NCBI RefSeq assembly: GCF_963676685.1
Contig: NC_092355.1
Location: 24,552,001 to 24,616,000, forward strand
Source of the DNA: Mytilus edulis
Taxonomy: Eukaryota
Reading direction: 5' to 3'
Length of the DNA: 64,000 nucleotides
In this document: one piece after another, positions 40,901-52,967 of the stretch
How positions within the stretch are numbered: the stretch's first letter is position 1
How the letters are laid out: each line of letters begins with the position of its first letter
The notes under the pieces: generated by a model
What the model was told of the DNA's origin: nothing
The model's input: the letters and a program-made list of their open reading frames with translations, nothing else
The model's database searches: none
Made by a program: the position numbers and the translations under genes

Positions 40901-43900
40901 CGACGTTGATGGTACACTACAGTCTAAGACGCGGTAAAAATGTCGTGAGTGTTAGGAAAAAGAAACATATATATATATAGATTAATAATCAGAAAATAGC
41001 CAGAAGCCACCAATGGGTCTTCAACATAGCGCAAAAATCTCGCATTCTGAAACGGGCTTCAACTAACCCTTAAAACAATAATGTTTATAACACTTTAGTG
41101 AATTAAGACATCAAACTCAACTCCGAAACATATAAATAAAACAAAAATAAAGCTAAATTCTAATATGACTTGCTTCTTTCGCTTTGTAAACAACACCGTG
41201 ATAAAATTCTCGATATATCTTTACTCAGCACAGCCTCAGAGATAAACATAATAATGGGTGTTACAAGATACCTCCCACGGAAATCCACATGAATTGGAAG
41301 CACTTTGCAAACGTTTTCCCGATTTTATTGGATAAAAAATTGCAAAAAAAGAGATTTTTTAAATTTTTTATTCGGATGCATCTTCAAAGAATTAGTGCAC
41401 AAGAGCTCGGAAAATCAACAAATTCAATATAAAGTAAATTTAGGTCAAAGTCTATTAATGTTTTTGCGCATTTAAGTCATTTCAAAACAGGACGTCCTAC
41501 TCTGTACAAATGAAAACAGTGGTGTTGAAGGTTTTCCTTGACGTGAATCAACGAAATTCGTAGAACACTGTATTAAAATGGAGTTTTGAGGTACTTTTTT
41601 TTCTATTCTATTGCATTTTTAGAATATTTACTTATTTCTGCAAATCAAAATGGCAGCTTCCTAGTTACGAAATGTCAAAATTTGGCTTTGACTGTAGCTT
41701 ACAAGAAAAATGTGTAATTAAAATTGGCAAATGTTGGGTTTGAGAATTAAAAGAATTATACAGATTTTTTCAAGCGTCTGTTCACAATATAATCTATGCA
41801 AGTTTCATATGTATTAGAATGTTTGGGCTTTATTTAATAAGGAGTAAAAGATAACAGCCACATACACGGCATATCCTCTCTCGCTTCAGTATTTAAATGA
41901 CCGTATTTGTCCTATTATAATCGCTATTATAAGTGGAAGCCGTTGAATTTACACATGACCTTGTTAGTGATATTTGTTAATTCTTTTCCTCGCTAACGCT
42001 CGTGATAAAAATATCACGGCCAAGACCATGTGTAAATTTTCTAACAAATATATGGCTTCCATGAATTGTTTCTTAAACATACAATACTAACAAAGACAAG
42101 AGTCTTTGAACAGGCACAAACATGCAGCCGGATAAACATGCTTTGTGAGATCACAACCCTCACCTCATAACTCTATCCATTTTTTTTTGGTATATTATGA
42201 GGCGAAGTGTTTTACTTATGAACCTATTTTATGATAAACTGTTATCACAGACATACGACTCTTTTTTTGTTATTTCGATAATGCAAATGTTGAAAATAAA
42301 ATAGCAACAGTTCAACATTTAAGTTTTGCAAATATTCAGGATCATTGAACCATGAATGAAGGTATCAATTGAAATGTGATGTGCCAATGTTAATACAACT
42401 GCATACCAAATACCATTGAATTATCATAAGAAGTTCCCTTTAAACAAACCTAAACACAAACTAATACATGTTAACTAAGCAATATTTCGAAGTCAATTAA
42501 CCATATATGAGCGGGCGGGCTCAAATATTCTCCATGGTAATAAGATATGCTAAATATATTACAACTGCATACCAAAAATCATTGGCATACCAGTAGTGTC
42601 TCCCCGTGTCATAAACCTCCCTAATCAAAAACTCATACATGAAAAACTTAGCAGAAGTTTTAAAGTTAAAAGACCATGACTGTGGGGGCGATGCAAAATA
42701 ATCTCCATGAAAATGAAATAAATCAATGCTAATACAACTGCATGCCAATTATCGTTAACCTATCACTAATGGTTCCCCATAAACTGATCTAATCACAAAC
42801 CAATACATGAAAATCAAGCAAAAATTTCAAAGTCAATAGACCTTGACTGAAGAGGCAGGCCAAATAATCTCCATGGAAATGAGATATGCCAACACTTATA
42901 CATCTGCATACCAATTATCATTAACTTGTATTAGTTGTTCCCCACAAACTAACCTTATCACAAACTAATACATGATAATTAAGCAAAAGTTTCAAAGTCA
43001 ATAGAGCATAACTAAGGGAGTGGACCAAATAATCTCCATGGTAATGAGATGTGCCAAATATATTACAACTGCATACCAAATATCTCTGACTTACCCCTAG
43101 TGGTTTACCATAAACTAGACATAATCGGAAACCAATACATTGTTGACGCCGTAGCCATCGCCGGAATCAACATACCTATGTCTCGCTTTTTGACTCCGTC
43201 AAGCGAGACAAAAATCAGACGGTTGGTTACTTTTAGTACGAAATTTGCTTTACAACCTGACATCTCATTTGGCTTTGTTATTTTGTACGAAAATGCAAAT
43301 GTTGTTTGCAAAGTGAGAATTTACAGACACTAAATGATTGTGCAAGTTTTAATTGTTTTAAATGCAATATCATATTTTTTTTATAATATTTTTCATAAGA
43401 GTGGTAAATTTCCTTTTAAAGTAAAAATATATTGATTAAGTCACATTTTGAATAAGTCACATTTTGTGTTTCAAATTCTGAAAACTTATAATATTCTACT
43501 GACAAAGTAATATACTATGCAAGAATCATACAATAAGACAAACAGTTAATATATGTGCATTAACAAAATACATAAACACAAACCAAAAGACTGATTGATG
43601 CGAGCAAATAATCAGGTGTAGCTACATGTATTAACCATCTTTTGATATTTTCCTTTCGTTCGAAGTGATATTAAAAATATGAAGCAAATACATGTACATT
43701 TGTTAAAATCTTTAAAAACAGATCTAAACCAATTTCATATCTTAGAGGATAGAAATTCAAGCAAAGATCTAACTTACCTGTCAGACAGTATTTCCTGGCA
43801 TGTTGAATTCGCCATTATCTCCCCGTCAGTGACGCATTGATAATCTAGGAAGATAAATCTATTTATTTAAATTTAATAAAACTCATCATATATATCTATA

Positions 43901-46628
43901 TCTACATATACCCGAAATTCCGAAGGATTTCGCCATAAAAGGTTATGTAACCTATGAAACCTTATAGTAGTTTATGTCATGATTGGTTCTAGGTTTACAT
44001 TAAAAGTTAAATCCCAAATAAACTGACTTCTGAGTAAAATTCAAAACGTAAAGCCCCTAATCGAATGGCTAAATCAATTGATAAAACACATCAAACAGAT
44101 GGACAATAGCTGTCATATTTCTGACTTGGTACAGACATTTTCAAGTATACAAAATGGTGAATTGAACCTGGTTTTATAGCGCTAGACCTCTCACTTGTAT
44201 TGCATTCGCATCACACTTTATCATATTTACAAGGATGCGTGAACAAAACAGACATAATCGGTAAAATTGTCAAAATAGGGATACCGCAGTCATCACTGCA
44301 TTATAACCTCAATTAGAACAAAAACAGACAAATTTAGAAAGGGGACAACATTTTTCAGAATTAAAATTTCGTGGTATTTGCTTCTCTTCGACGTTGATGG
44401 TCGGTTATTGATCGATATGTATAATTGTGCCTTGACAATTAATGAAACAAATATAGGCAACTTGTATCGGCTGTCTTATTGCTGAAATTATTAAAATAAT
44501 AGCTTTTACATGTTTTATATTCCTTGACAACAGAAGATTTAAAACAAATAAAATAAACCAACAATAAGCTATTAGCAATAATCTTTTCTATTTGTTTGAG
44601 TTAGAAGTTTTATATAAAGGTAACATATCTAAGAAAACAACGCAATGTACATACTTTGGTTTTTTGATAACTGTATGTATCGACATCTTATTTCTTTAAT
44701 AAAAACTCACCTGCAGACAGTTTTGTACACGGAACTCTAAAACATGAACAATCTTCCTCAGATGGGTTACAGACACATCTGTTCTTTGGTTTTGCAACAA
44801 ACGCATACTGCTTTGTGTAGTCACAGCGACAAGTAACATCGTTGCTAGAAGAATCATTCCTGAATACTACCTGTCCCTCGTCAGAACACTTTGATTTACT
44901 AAAGATACATTCACTATTCCCATGGGTGGTGAACACTATAGGTTGGTATCTTCCGGCATTACATTCTGCTAGATTAAACAACGGTTGGAACACAAGCTTG
45001 CTTCCTTTAAATGAAAAACGAACTTGAAATATTATAGTATACGTACAGTCGACGATTCTTGTTTATTTGTTAGGTTTTTTATATTCATTGAAACAACATA
45101 AGCTATATATTGTAGTTCGTACTTACAAGAGCAGTACAACGGGTGCCACATGTTGATCAGCAGTCTCGAATTTTGGCGAGGTTTATGTTGATCATGATTA
45201 GTCTAGAACATGGAGATGGTAATTTAAAACTTGATTCAGATATTTTAACATGCTATGTATAGATTACACTTAGATTATACTGTACTATTGTCTATGTATA
45301 TGACAATATTTTATGTATATGATGTTAAACGAGCCTAAAAAACCTTATGAAAATTCTAACATACACATGTACAACTCAGGTATCTTTGATGAAATTATCT
45401 CATCTTCATGATAATCCGTTGTAGACTATTCGATACATTGCCAAAAATATTGTTTAATTTCAGAAGACACCTGACCCATAATCACTTCAGCATCAAGTGA
45501 ATAAATTCTAGTATCAGTTTTACCTATGCTACTTTGATCTGAACCTGAACAATTTTCCATATATTTCTGTTCCAGTATGTTGTCTAAACATACATATTTG
45601 TCCTCCGAATAACATGAAACGTTTGCTTTCAATCTCCATTCTGCTTTTGCTGGACATTTTAAGTCATATCCGATTGCCGGGCCATTAATCTGAAAGAGAT
45701 AATAATGAACTATTTCCTTTATTTCAAACTTTGTTGGCAATATTTGGTTTTCTTTAATATGTCATTATTCAAGTTGTCTTCTTTAACAGGTTTTTTAGTC
45801 AGAATATATCACTGACAAATTAAAGTAACATATACACACTCATTAAGGAAATGATCTTCTTTTATGATGTAATTGAGTATTTAGTTTAGACTTGCGCAGT
45901 GGTATAAAAAGTCAACTGGTGACACTGGAGATCACGGCTCGTTAAAGATCAAAGTTTGCATTTAGTTATGATTTGACTATACATTTAAAATATGTTCTAT
46001 TTGTAAATTGTATTAATTGATGGTAGATAATCAGATATGTCCGAATGAACAGTATTGTGTATTGGCTGTACTGTTACGGTACTGTATCGGCCTACACGAA
46101 CTCGGATGTATTTGAACAAAGGTATTCAATATAAAAAAAGATCCACTTTTACTAAGGTGTTTATATATGTTATGTATCCATTATACTTGTTGCATTTATT
46201 TTTACTAGCGATGACTATTACATGATACTAATTTCAGACTTGTAAAACAATATATCTAATCAAGTATACTAGTGAGAACATTATACGGTAAAAGGGCAAC
46301 TGTTACCTGATATATACATACTGTAAAGAAATTTATTTCAGCGGATACTTTATTTCGCGTGATACCAAGTCTACTCCATTTCGCTGCTTTAAAAATTGGC
46401 GATTATCTTATTTACATGATGTGGATTAATTAAATTTACTCATTCGCGACGATTTATATGTGCCTTATTTTTCTACTCGCGATAGTGGCGAAAATAAATC
46501 GCTCGCGAAAATAAGTTGGTCTACAGTATATTTTGACTATGCATTTAGAGAAAGGGGTAAAACAGTTTACCTGTGAAAATTCTTATCACATAAATGTCTA
46601 TATTTACCAGCATTAGGAGAAAAATCAT
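27787..46628 (-). CDS. Multi-exon ROCO-family (Roc-COR) GTPase with N-terminal signal peptide and Cys-rich ectodomain; putative single-pass receptor
   Basis: Phase-compatible GT-AG exons: 46628-46608, 45689-45524, 45004-44711, 43844-43778; then uncertain 40511-40480, 39324-39274, 37817-37779; then 37142-37104, 36662-36624, 35979-35941, 35355-35125, 31381-30749, 30099-29990, 28995-27787. The Roc-COR part is secure; its linkage to the ectodomain is inferred. Confidence 0.7.
29392..29945. mobile_element. TTAA-specific MITE (Kolobok-like) in a ROCO intron
   Basis: TIRs GGAGACTCGCGGGT / ACCCGCGAGCCCCC, flanked by TTAA on both sides (29388-29391, 29946-29949). Confidence 0.8.
29990..30099 (-). CDS. 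ROCO exon (Roc G4 region)
   Basis: EYVCFWFDAIHCY...DPPIIVVCTNED; phase 1 to 0. Confidence 0.9.
30749..31381 (-). CDS. ROCO exon (low-complexity insert plus Roc switch II)
   Basis: LWDFAGQKDFYATHQVFLSKCAVYLLV; phase 1 to 1. Confidence 0.92.
35125..35355 (-). CDS. ROCO exon (Roc P-loop and switch I); absent from the ORF track
   Basis: caattag|..ARLVFIGKNGVGKTSLMKRLL...STDGIEVEKC...W..|gtaaga; 231 nt, phase 1 to 1. Confidence 0.92.
35941..35979 (-). CDS. 39-nt linker micro-exon 3 of the ROCO gene
   Basis: ttgcag|..DISTQINGNKTT..|gtatgt. Confidence 0.75.
36433..36612. mobile_element. Interspersed repeat fragment (probable retroelement 3' tail)
   Basis: gaagatgtggtgtgagtgccaatgagacaactctcca; inverted homologues at ~15925-16150, 29090-29180 and 39770-39910. 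Confidence 0.6.
36624..36662 (-). CDS. 39-nt linker micro-exon 2 of the ROCO gene
   Basis: ttgcag|..DVSIQTNENKTT..|gtatgt. Confidence 0.75.
37104..37142 (-). CDS. 39-nt linker micro-exon 1 of the ROCO gene
   Basis: ttacag|..EKSRKTDGNETK..|gtaagt. Confidence 0.75.
38778..38986. mobile_element. MITE with TA target site
   Basis: TA|CTGTGGATTCATTTATTTTCGTGGGTACCAATTTT...AAAATTGGTATCCAACGAATATTAAGGAATTCACAG|TA inverted termini. Confidence 0.8.
39274..39324 (-). CDS. Candidate hydrophobic (partial transmembrane) exon of the ROCO gene
   Basis: cattttag|..KSYAHHVTYIIIASIV..|gtaagt; only the phase-1 frame is open. Confidence 0.5.
42330..43213 (+). mobile_element. HINE/pearl-like element with internal ~170-bp tandem repeats
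   Basis: 4-5 diverged units containing caactgcataccaaa; terminal hairpin tgtctcgcttt...aagcgagaca followed by an A-run. Confidence 0.65.
43778..43844 (-). CDS. ROCO gene ectodomain exon 4
   Basis: ttcctag|DYQCVTDGEIMANSTCQEILSD|gtaagt; phase 1 to 2. Confidence 0.8.
44711..45004 (-). CDS. Cys-rich ectodomain exon 3 (10 Cys)
   Basis: GSKLVFQP...ECNAGRYQP...ECIFSKSKCSDEGQ...DVTCRCDY...CVCNPSEEDCSCFRVPC; 294 nt, phase 1 to 1. Confidence 0.88.
45524..45689 (-). CDS. Cys-rich ectodomain exon 2 (4 Cys)
   Basis: tttcag|INGPAIGYDLKCPAKAEWRLKANVSC...YVCL...ENC..|gtaaaa; phase 0 to 1. Confidence 0.85.
46321..46526. mobile_element. MITE with TA target site
   Basis: TA|CTGTAAAGAAATTTATTTCAGCG...CGCGAAAATAAGTTGGTCTACAG|TA imperfect TIRs. 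Confidence 0.7.
46608..46628 (-). CDS. Probable first coding exon (signal peptide MIFLLML)
   Basis: aaaATG ATT TTT CTC CTA ATG CTG|gtaaat; phase 0 joins exon 2 to give MIFLLMLINGPAIG-YDLKC. Confidence 0.65.
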
Positions 46629-48860
46629 TTTGCCGCATCACTTATCAATAAAGTACTTTACTATTTTTCTGTGAGATCTGAACATCCAACTACAAAACAA
46701 TATATACATTGATATGTTATTTATAAAGTCTCACACTATCCGCTCAACTGGACAGTTCATATTTTACATCAGAATGCGGTAATATATTATAACACCTAAA
46801 TAAAGGCAAGAGTAGTATACCGCTGTTTGAAAGTCATAAATTGATTGACAGAAAACAAATCCGGATCACAAACTCACGTGTTTTAAAGTTTCGAATTGTA
46901 CATGTTCTATTATTCAGTTTAAAAAAGTATATGTTTAATTCTCAAGAAAAACCTGTTAAGAAATTTCTTCCAAAAATCCAACCCTTAATTTAATAAATAC
47001 ATTACCACAATGTGACAAATGTTTACGCGTTTTAGAAATATCGTATTGCAAAGAAAAAAAACCCATCTATTAACATTTTCAATTCACATAAATAGTGTAA
47101 ACATAATAAGCGCATCAAGAGTTATAACTGAAATCTATATTTATGAGTTTTAAAATAAAAAAGAACACCAAAAGCTTGATTGATCTATGATTAGTGTGCC
47201 AATTTACCACGACCAATCACTTTCAATGAATCAAATAAAAACTATAGATATATTTCCGCTAATGATCTATCGAAGATACATGTATTTGTCTCGAATATCT
47301 AAGGAAATAGAACATGTGCTTCGTAAAAAAAATCTGTTTATTTACTTTGAATATAAAACGAGCGTCCCATGTCAAGGTTGTGTTTAAACATTTAAATGTC
47401 CCTTATATAGTACGTTCAGGTATTTCCATTTATTGATTTCTTTTAAAATACATTTAACCCCATTCTACCTGTAAATTTAAAACCAAATGTTTTCATGTAT
47501 ACTTTAAAAATCTATTTCACAAATTTCTTTCAGATTATTTTAGTTTGAAAGATCCAAATTGAGGTTAACGTAATATAAGGTCTTTTGTAGCTGAATATCC
47601 GCACCGCATTCTTTATAAACAATGCAATGTATGTTTTTTTAAATTGAAAATAAAACACAGAGTTGTGTATTACTGAACCTTACTGCTAGTTTACCAAACC
47701 AGTCCAGAAATCATAACAACTGTCGTTTTGTTATATTCATTGGTATTGTTGAATTGTGTCATAATAACGCTCATACTTCTATTTTGAGTATATAAATTGC
47801 TTTGCAAAAACGAAAGTGCAATACAACTGTAAGACACGTTATTGGCATAGAACTACATGAACTACTTACAATCAGATTTTGCCAGTAGCGTACTTTTTCA
47901 TGATTCTTTAATGCTCTTTTGGTTCAATTCATGATTTTTGTACAATTACAGTCATTGATGTATGCGTATGGTAACTTCCGTTTATGTCACATAACTACAT
48001 AAGTTATCTCCCTTTGTATGTTCATTAGGATTGTATTGTGCCAGATGAGTTAACACATTCCTGTAATTAGCATGATTAACTACTATTTATTTTTATAGTA
48101 AAAGTGTTAGTGCAAAATGTCAAAAAAATAAAGATGCCTTTTAATAAATTAAAAGATAAATTATCGTAGTATGTTGTGCTAATTTTATTTCCGTGATAAT
48201 TTCCACACCTAAATATGTTGATGATTCATTTCATATGAAGTTGGCTTGATTGTGTATGTGTCATTGTTGTTTTCCCAGTAAGGATATAAAGAAATTTAAA
48301 CATTGTCTAAAAGCGAAATCTAACTGTCACCGCACTGTAAAGTTAAGACGGCCCCTATCAATGGTTGGAGTGGGATGGTTTACTAAATGATTCGAATAAA
48401 CTGTGTTAAATTGATCACCATAAAATCCGACCCGGACTTTGTTTTTGTGTGCAGATTTGTTTCATTTTAATCAGTAGTAGTTAATTCGTTATCCTACTGC
48501 ATTGCCTGATGTAATGAATCGTTATAACTCTAAACATGACAAGAAACCTTACACCAAATGTATTTATATCACGTCATACATAACGAAAGAATGAAATTAA
48601 ACTGCCGAAATTCTTAACTCACTTATGGAAAGAATATAATTGCTTTGGTCTTATCTCTTACCTTTTATTACTCATGTTAATTATTCCTCGTCCATGTAAT
48701 CTACTGTGTCCCAAATTTGTCACATATTATTAAAGATGTGTTAAGTGTACTTGTCACAACATCTTATCAAACATTCTCCTTGTTTTAACATCGTCACAAA
48801 ATACCTTTTCCACAGGCCATACCATGAAAGATTGTGTGGACATCATTATTGTGTGCGTAT

Positions 48861-49175
48861 AAAAGAGGGACGAAAGATACCAAAGGGACCGTCAAACTCA
48901 TAAATCGAAAATAAACTGACAACGCCATGGCTAAAAATGAAAAAGACAAACAGACAAACAATAGTACACATAACACAACATAGAAAACTAAAGAAAAAAC
49001 AACACGAACCCAACTAAAAACTAGGGGTGATCTCAGGTGCTCCGGAAGGGTAAGCAGATCCTGCTCCACATGTGGCACCCGTCGTGTTTCTTATGTGATA
49101 ACAAATCCGGTGAATAGTATAATTCGGTAGGTCACATTCATGAAAGGGAAGGGGATTGTAGTTTCGACGTAAGTA
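48861..49175 (-). mobile_element. Penelope-like element 3' tail
   Basis: Inverted homologue of 9850-10068 (gagcacctgagatcacccctagtttt). Confidence 0.7.
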
Positions 49176-49554
49176 ACGTAAAGTAGTCTGGTGAAATTCG
49201 CTGATGGCGTTATAAATTAAAAGAAACTTGTATTTTTGATCATTTTGCACAACCACTTGGTCATGTAACTGCTGGTGATAGATTTATCCATGAGGCTTTC
49301 TCCAGTACAGTAATTTTAAAACACTTGTATTTTGAAAAGGAATTATCAAATATATATTTCTTTTATGTACATAAACTGTTTATGAAGTGATGAATTTTTC
49401 GAAACCTTTAATTTTTTCACCCATAGCATTACTCATGTGACATAACTTTTTGTAATTGTTTAATTGGAATTTTTTATTTGACCTGAAAACTACTTTGATG
49501 ATAGCGTTACAGGTGAGTTTTTCGAAAACATATAGCGCGTCTATCGTACCAACT

Positions 49555-50165
49555 AACTATAGGCTATCAAGAGCCTGTGTTGCTCACCTGATTCTACTTG
49601 GGATTTTGAAATAATTTTGAAAAATGGAAAAATAACAGATACTTATAATGATGTTCGAGGCCAAATTTGGTTTAATATTGCTATGTTTGCATTCATTCCA
49701 TTCAGTGGTTCTTTAAAAGAAAACATTTGTAGGTATTTTCTAAGGGTCCTATATTAAATTAATTTTACTCGCTGGCGACCATCTTGGATCATGGATCGGC
49801 TACAAAGTAACAACACTTGGTCAGCATCTCATAAATAAAATTCATGTCATGTTTGGCTTCATTCCGTTCAGTAGTTCTCTAAAAGAAGACATTTGTATGT
49901 ATTTCCCATTGGATCCCATGTTAAACTCAGTCCCCGCTAGCTGCCATCTTAGATAATGGATCAACTACAAAGTAACAACACTTGGTCAGCATCTCATTAG
50001 GAACATTCATGCTATGTTTGGTTTCATTCCATTCAGTGATTCTCTAGAAGAAGTTCAAAATGTGAAAAGTTAACGACGACGACGGACGACGACGACGGAC
50101 GACAGAGGACGGACGCCAAGTGATGAGAAAAGCTTACTTTGCCCTTCGGGCCAGGTGAGCTAAAA
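49555..50165 (+). mobile_element. Complete HINE/pearl-like element
   Basis: Subterminal inverted repeat gctcacctg ... caggtgagc, internal ~170-bp tandem repeats, (GAC/GGAC) microsatellite, terminal palindrome gcccttcgggc. Confidence 0.75.
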
Positions 50166-50776
50166 AGCTTGGGTCATTTTAAAAGTTTTTATATATACTC
50201 GTTTAATAGATTATATTCACTTCCGTTTTTTGCTATTTCATCGTTACTTTTTTTTTCGATTTCGAGTTTGAATATCTTATTGGTATTTTTTCTTCTTTCC
50301 TTCAACCATGACATTAAAATACTTGTTGTTTTTATCTGACGTTGAGTCTTAAACCAAATGTGTTTACTAACATTATGTGATTAGAACTATTCAATTATCA
50401 TGCATGTCATACCTAAGTTCTCATTTTCCACATAAAATGTTTTAATATTTTTCAAATTGCTAGCGTTAAACTAATTACAATAAAACAATAAATTTCACCC
50501 ATGCCCCCCATGGAACTATTTGACCGACAGCAGCTACAGGCCACAGGGTTGGAGTATTTTAGAAATACCGCAGAAGTTATGACGTAGCGTTTGATCTATT
50601 ATTGTTTATAAGCTTGATTAAAGGACGTATTTTAAACATTTAGAACACATATGAAGTAAATTAAAAGATAAACAGTATGGTTGATTTTTTGCTTTTTATT
50701 TAATGATAGTTTATTTAGCCAAACATTTAGATTGTTATCTCTTCTGGTATAATAAAACACTCACAGACTCGATAAG

Positions 50777-50915
50777 TATTGTTAAAGATACAAGTATAAT
50801 AGTGAAATAAATATCGAAATTAAAGGGTTCCAAAATTAGACGCTAATTATTGTTAAAGATACAAGTATAATAGTGAGATAAATATCGAAATAAAAGGGTT
50901 CCAAAATTAGACGCT
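50777..50915. repeat. Tandem duplication with 71-bp period, 2 copies
   Basis: tattgttaaagatacaagtataatagtga...caaaattagacgct occurs twice. Confidence 0.9.
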
Positions 50916-51199
50916 TTTGTCGCATCAACACCTAAGTGAACCATCTGTTTGTGTAAAGTTTACCAACCACGTCAAGGTCGCAGACCGTCTGGCGGGTTAT
51001 TTTATATATATATATATATTTAGATTTCTTCCTGTATTAGACAATTTTAGAGTACATAAAAGGGGTTTGTGGTTATTTAAATAAATAAAAATGTTGAAAA
51101 AATAAACACACAAAGCGACATTTCATCTTGTAATTCATTTACACTGAAACAAAATTCAAATTCATATTTTAAAATTGAAATGAAATCTGAAGAGCTTTC

Positions 51200-52330
51200 T
51201 ATTCTTCGTAATCGTCAAGGCCCTGTTGACTTGCCAATGTATAAGAATACATCTTGTTTCCTTGGAAATGACATTGTTCAGTGCAACCAAGAATGTGTTC
51301 AACACAAACCCATTCTCTACCACGAATCTGTTTTTCTTTGAAAGAACAAATTAAATCCTAAATTTAGTCCAGTGAATAGAACTGGGGTCGTGTTGGAACT
51401 TTTTTTACAACCGTAGTTATCGGGTTGGCGGCTTTGCTTGATCTGATGTCATATATATGTGTGTTAGTATGCTGACTCTTTTGACAATTGGAAGGCGTAA
51501 CAGGAGAGCTGTCTTTTCTAGTTGCAAGTCTACCACGTAACTTGTACAAATCGTGATGCGTGACTTATTTTTTGCTTTTTTGGTTTTAAAAATTAGCAAC
51601 ACAGATAAAGGTCTAAATATCTTAGTATCTTAGTTGTGATAGAGACGCCACTTATGCAGATGAGGAATTCAGCAGCTTTAACACAGACTTTCCCAATTCC
51701 AACGATATTTGGTGTAGTCTCCTATGCCATGAGAGCATGAGCTGCTGATAGAATTCAGATACATGTCCCATAACCTAACCATAGGGGAGACAGCACATTT
51801 ACAGCTTCATTCCTGAAATGTTTTCATTAAAGGCGCTAGATGCATATTAACAGAAGGGGCTATATCCTGATTCCCTGAGGACATATTATCATAAAATGTA
51901 TCATAGCACATAAGAAGTGCGTCCGAAATAATATCTGGTATGTTTATTAGAGGATCTGTGAAACAAAACCATACAAAATATTGATACTCATAGCGACAAC
52001 ATCACCTCAGATGTAAGAGTAAGAGCTCTAACAGCTGTGTTGAATTGTTTTCCGGAAAGCATTAGTTCTATGGTACATGCTACGTAAACTCTAAAATCTA
52101 AAGTAGATCTGCCAGACCCCAGAGTTTCAATAGACGCAATACAGTATGCTACGGTGTGGGACCCTCCAAAACGAATGATATGACTCTGGAATTCAAAAGG
52201 TTTAGACCATTTGATCTGCTGTGTAATGGCATATAACTGTTGGTCAAAGGTGTGAACTGAAAACTGCTGGCCGGCTTTCATACACATATCAACACACCTT
52301 TGCATGGTAGTATATAAAGAAGCTGTATCG
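51200..52330 (-). pseudogene. Decayed fragments of an invertebrate transposon-associated protein family
   Basis: TFDQQLYAITQQIKW...RFGGSH (51988-52305); AAHALMA*ETTPNIVGIGK (~51690-51750), resembling the HALTGCD..GxGK motif; remnant C-terminal Cys cluster ~51250-51330. Confidence 0.6.
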
Positions 52331-52923
52331 CTTGGTTTGGAGTTTTTCTCCTTTTTTATCTCTTCGAACGTTTTGCGGAATTAACGTAAAATCTACCATC
52401 GTGGTAGCCACAATTTTTTCCGTTCCTTTGTTAATTATCATGACATTTTTAAAACCTACTTAACAAACGAACAGATGTTACGAGAGAAATAATCAAAGTG
52501 ATGGAAATCACTCAAGGAGCGATTGGAAGAGTATCATTTTTAGGTATGGTGTGGACAAAAAGAACATTAATATGATCAATAAAGGACTATTGCTGACAAT
52601 TACATAAACTGCAGATTTGTATGAGGAAAAACCCTTTTCCAGCAGGTAAAATAAGCTTTATGTGAATCAAATTGAATGATAGGCGGTCACTTAATCTGCA
52701 CAACAATATCATTGAATTGCAGTTTATTACTTAACAAAATAATGTTCCCTGTTAACTATAAATTAACTGTAAACAAAACTTTGAATTTTGGAAAAAAAAA
52801 GACTTTTCTACCTCAGGAATAGATTACCTTAGATCTATTTGGCAATGCTTTTATGAATTTTTGGTACTCAATGCTCTTCAACTTCGTACTTTATTTTGAT
52901 TAAACATTTATTTTTTGATTCGA

Positions 52924-52967
52924 GTGTCACTGATGAGTCTTTTGCAGACGAAACGCACGTCTGGCGT
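52924..52967 (+). ncRNA. Minimal type I hammerhead ribozyme in a retrozyme-like repeat (~52755-53010)
   Basis: gtgtca CTGATGA gtct-tttgc-agac GAAA cg-ca-cg TC tggcgt: intact core, stem I GTGTCA/TGGCGT, stem II GTCT/AGAC, very short stem III. Confidence 0.8.
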
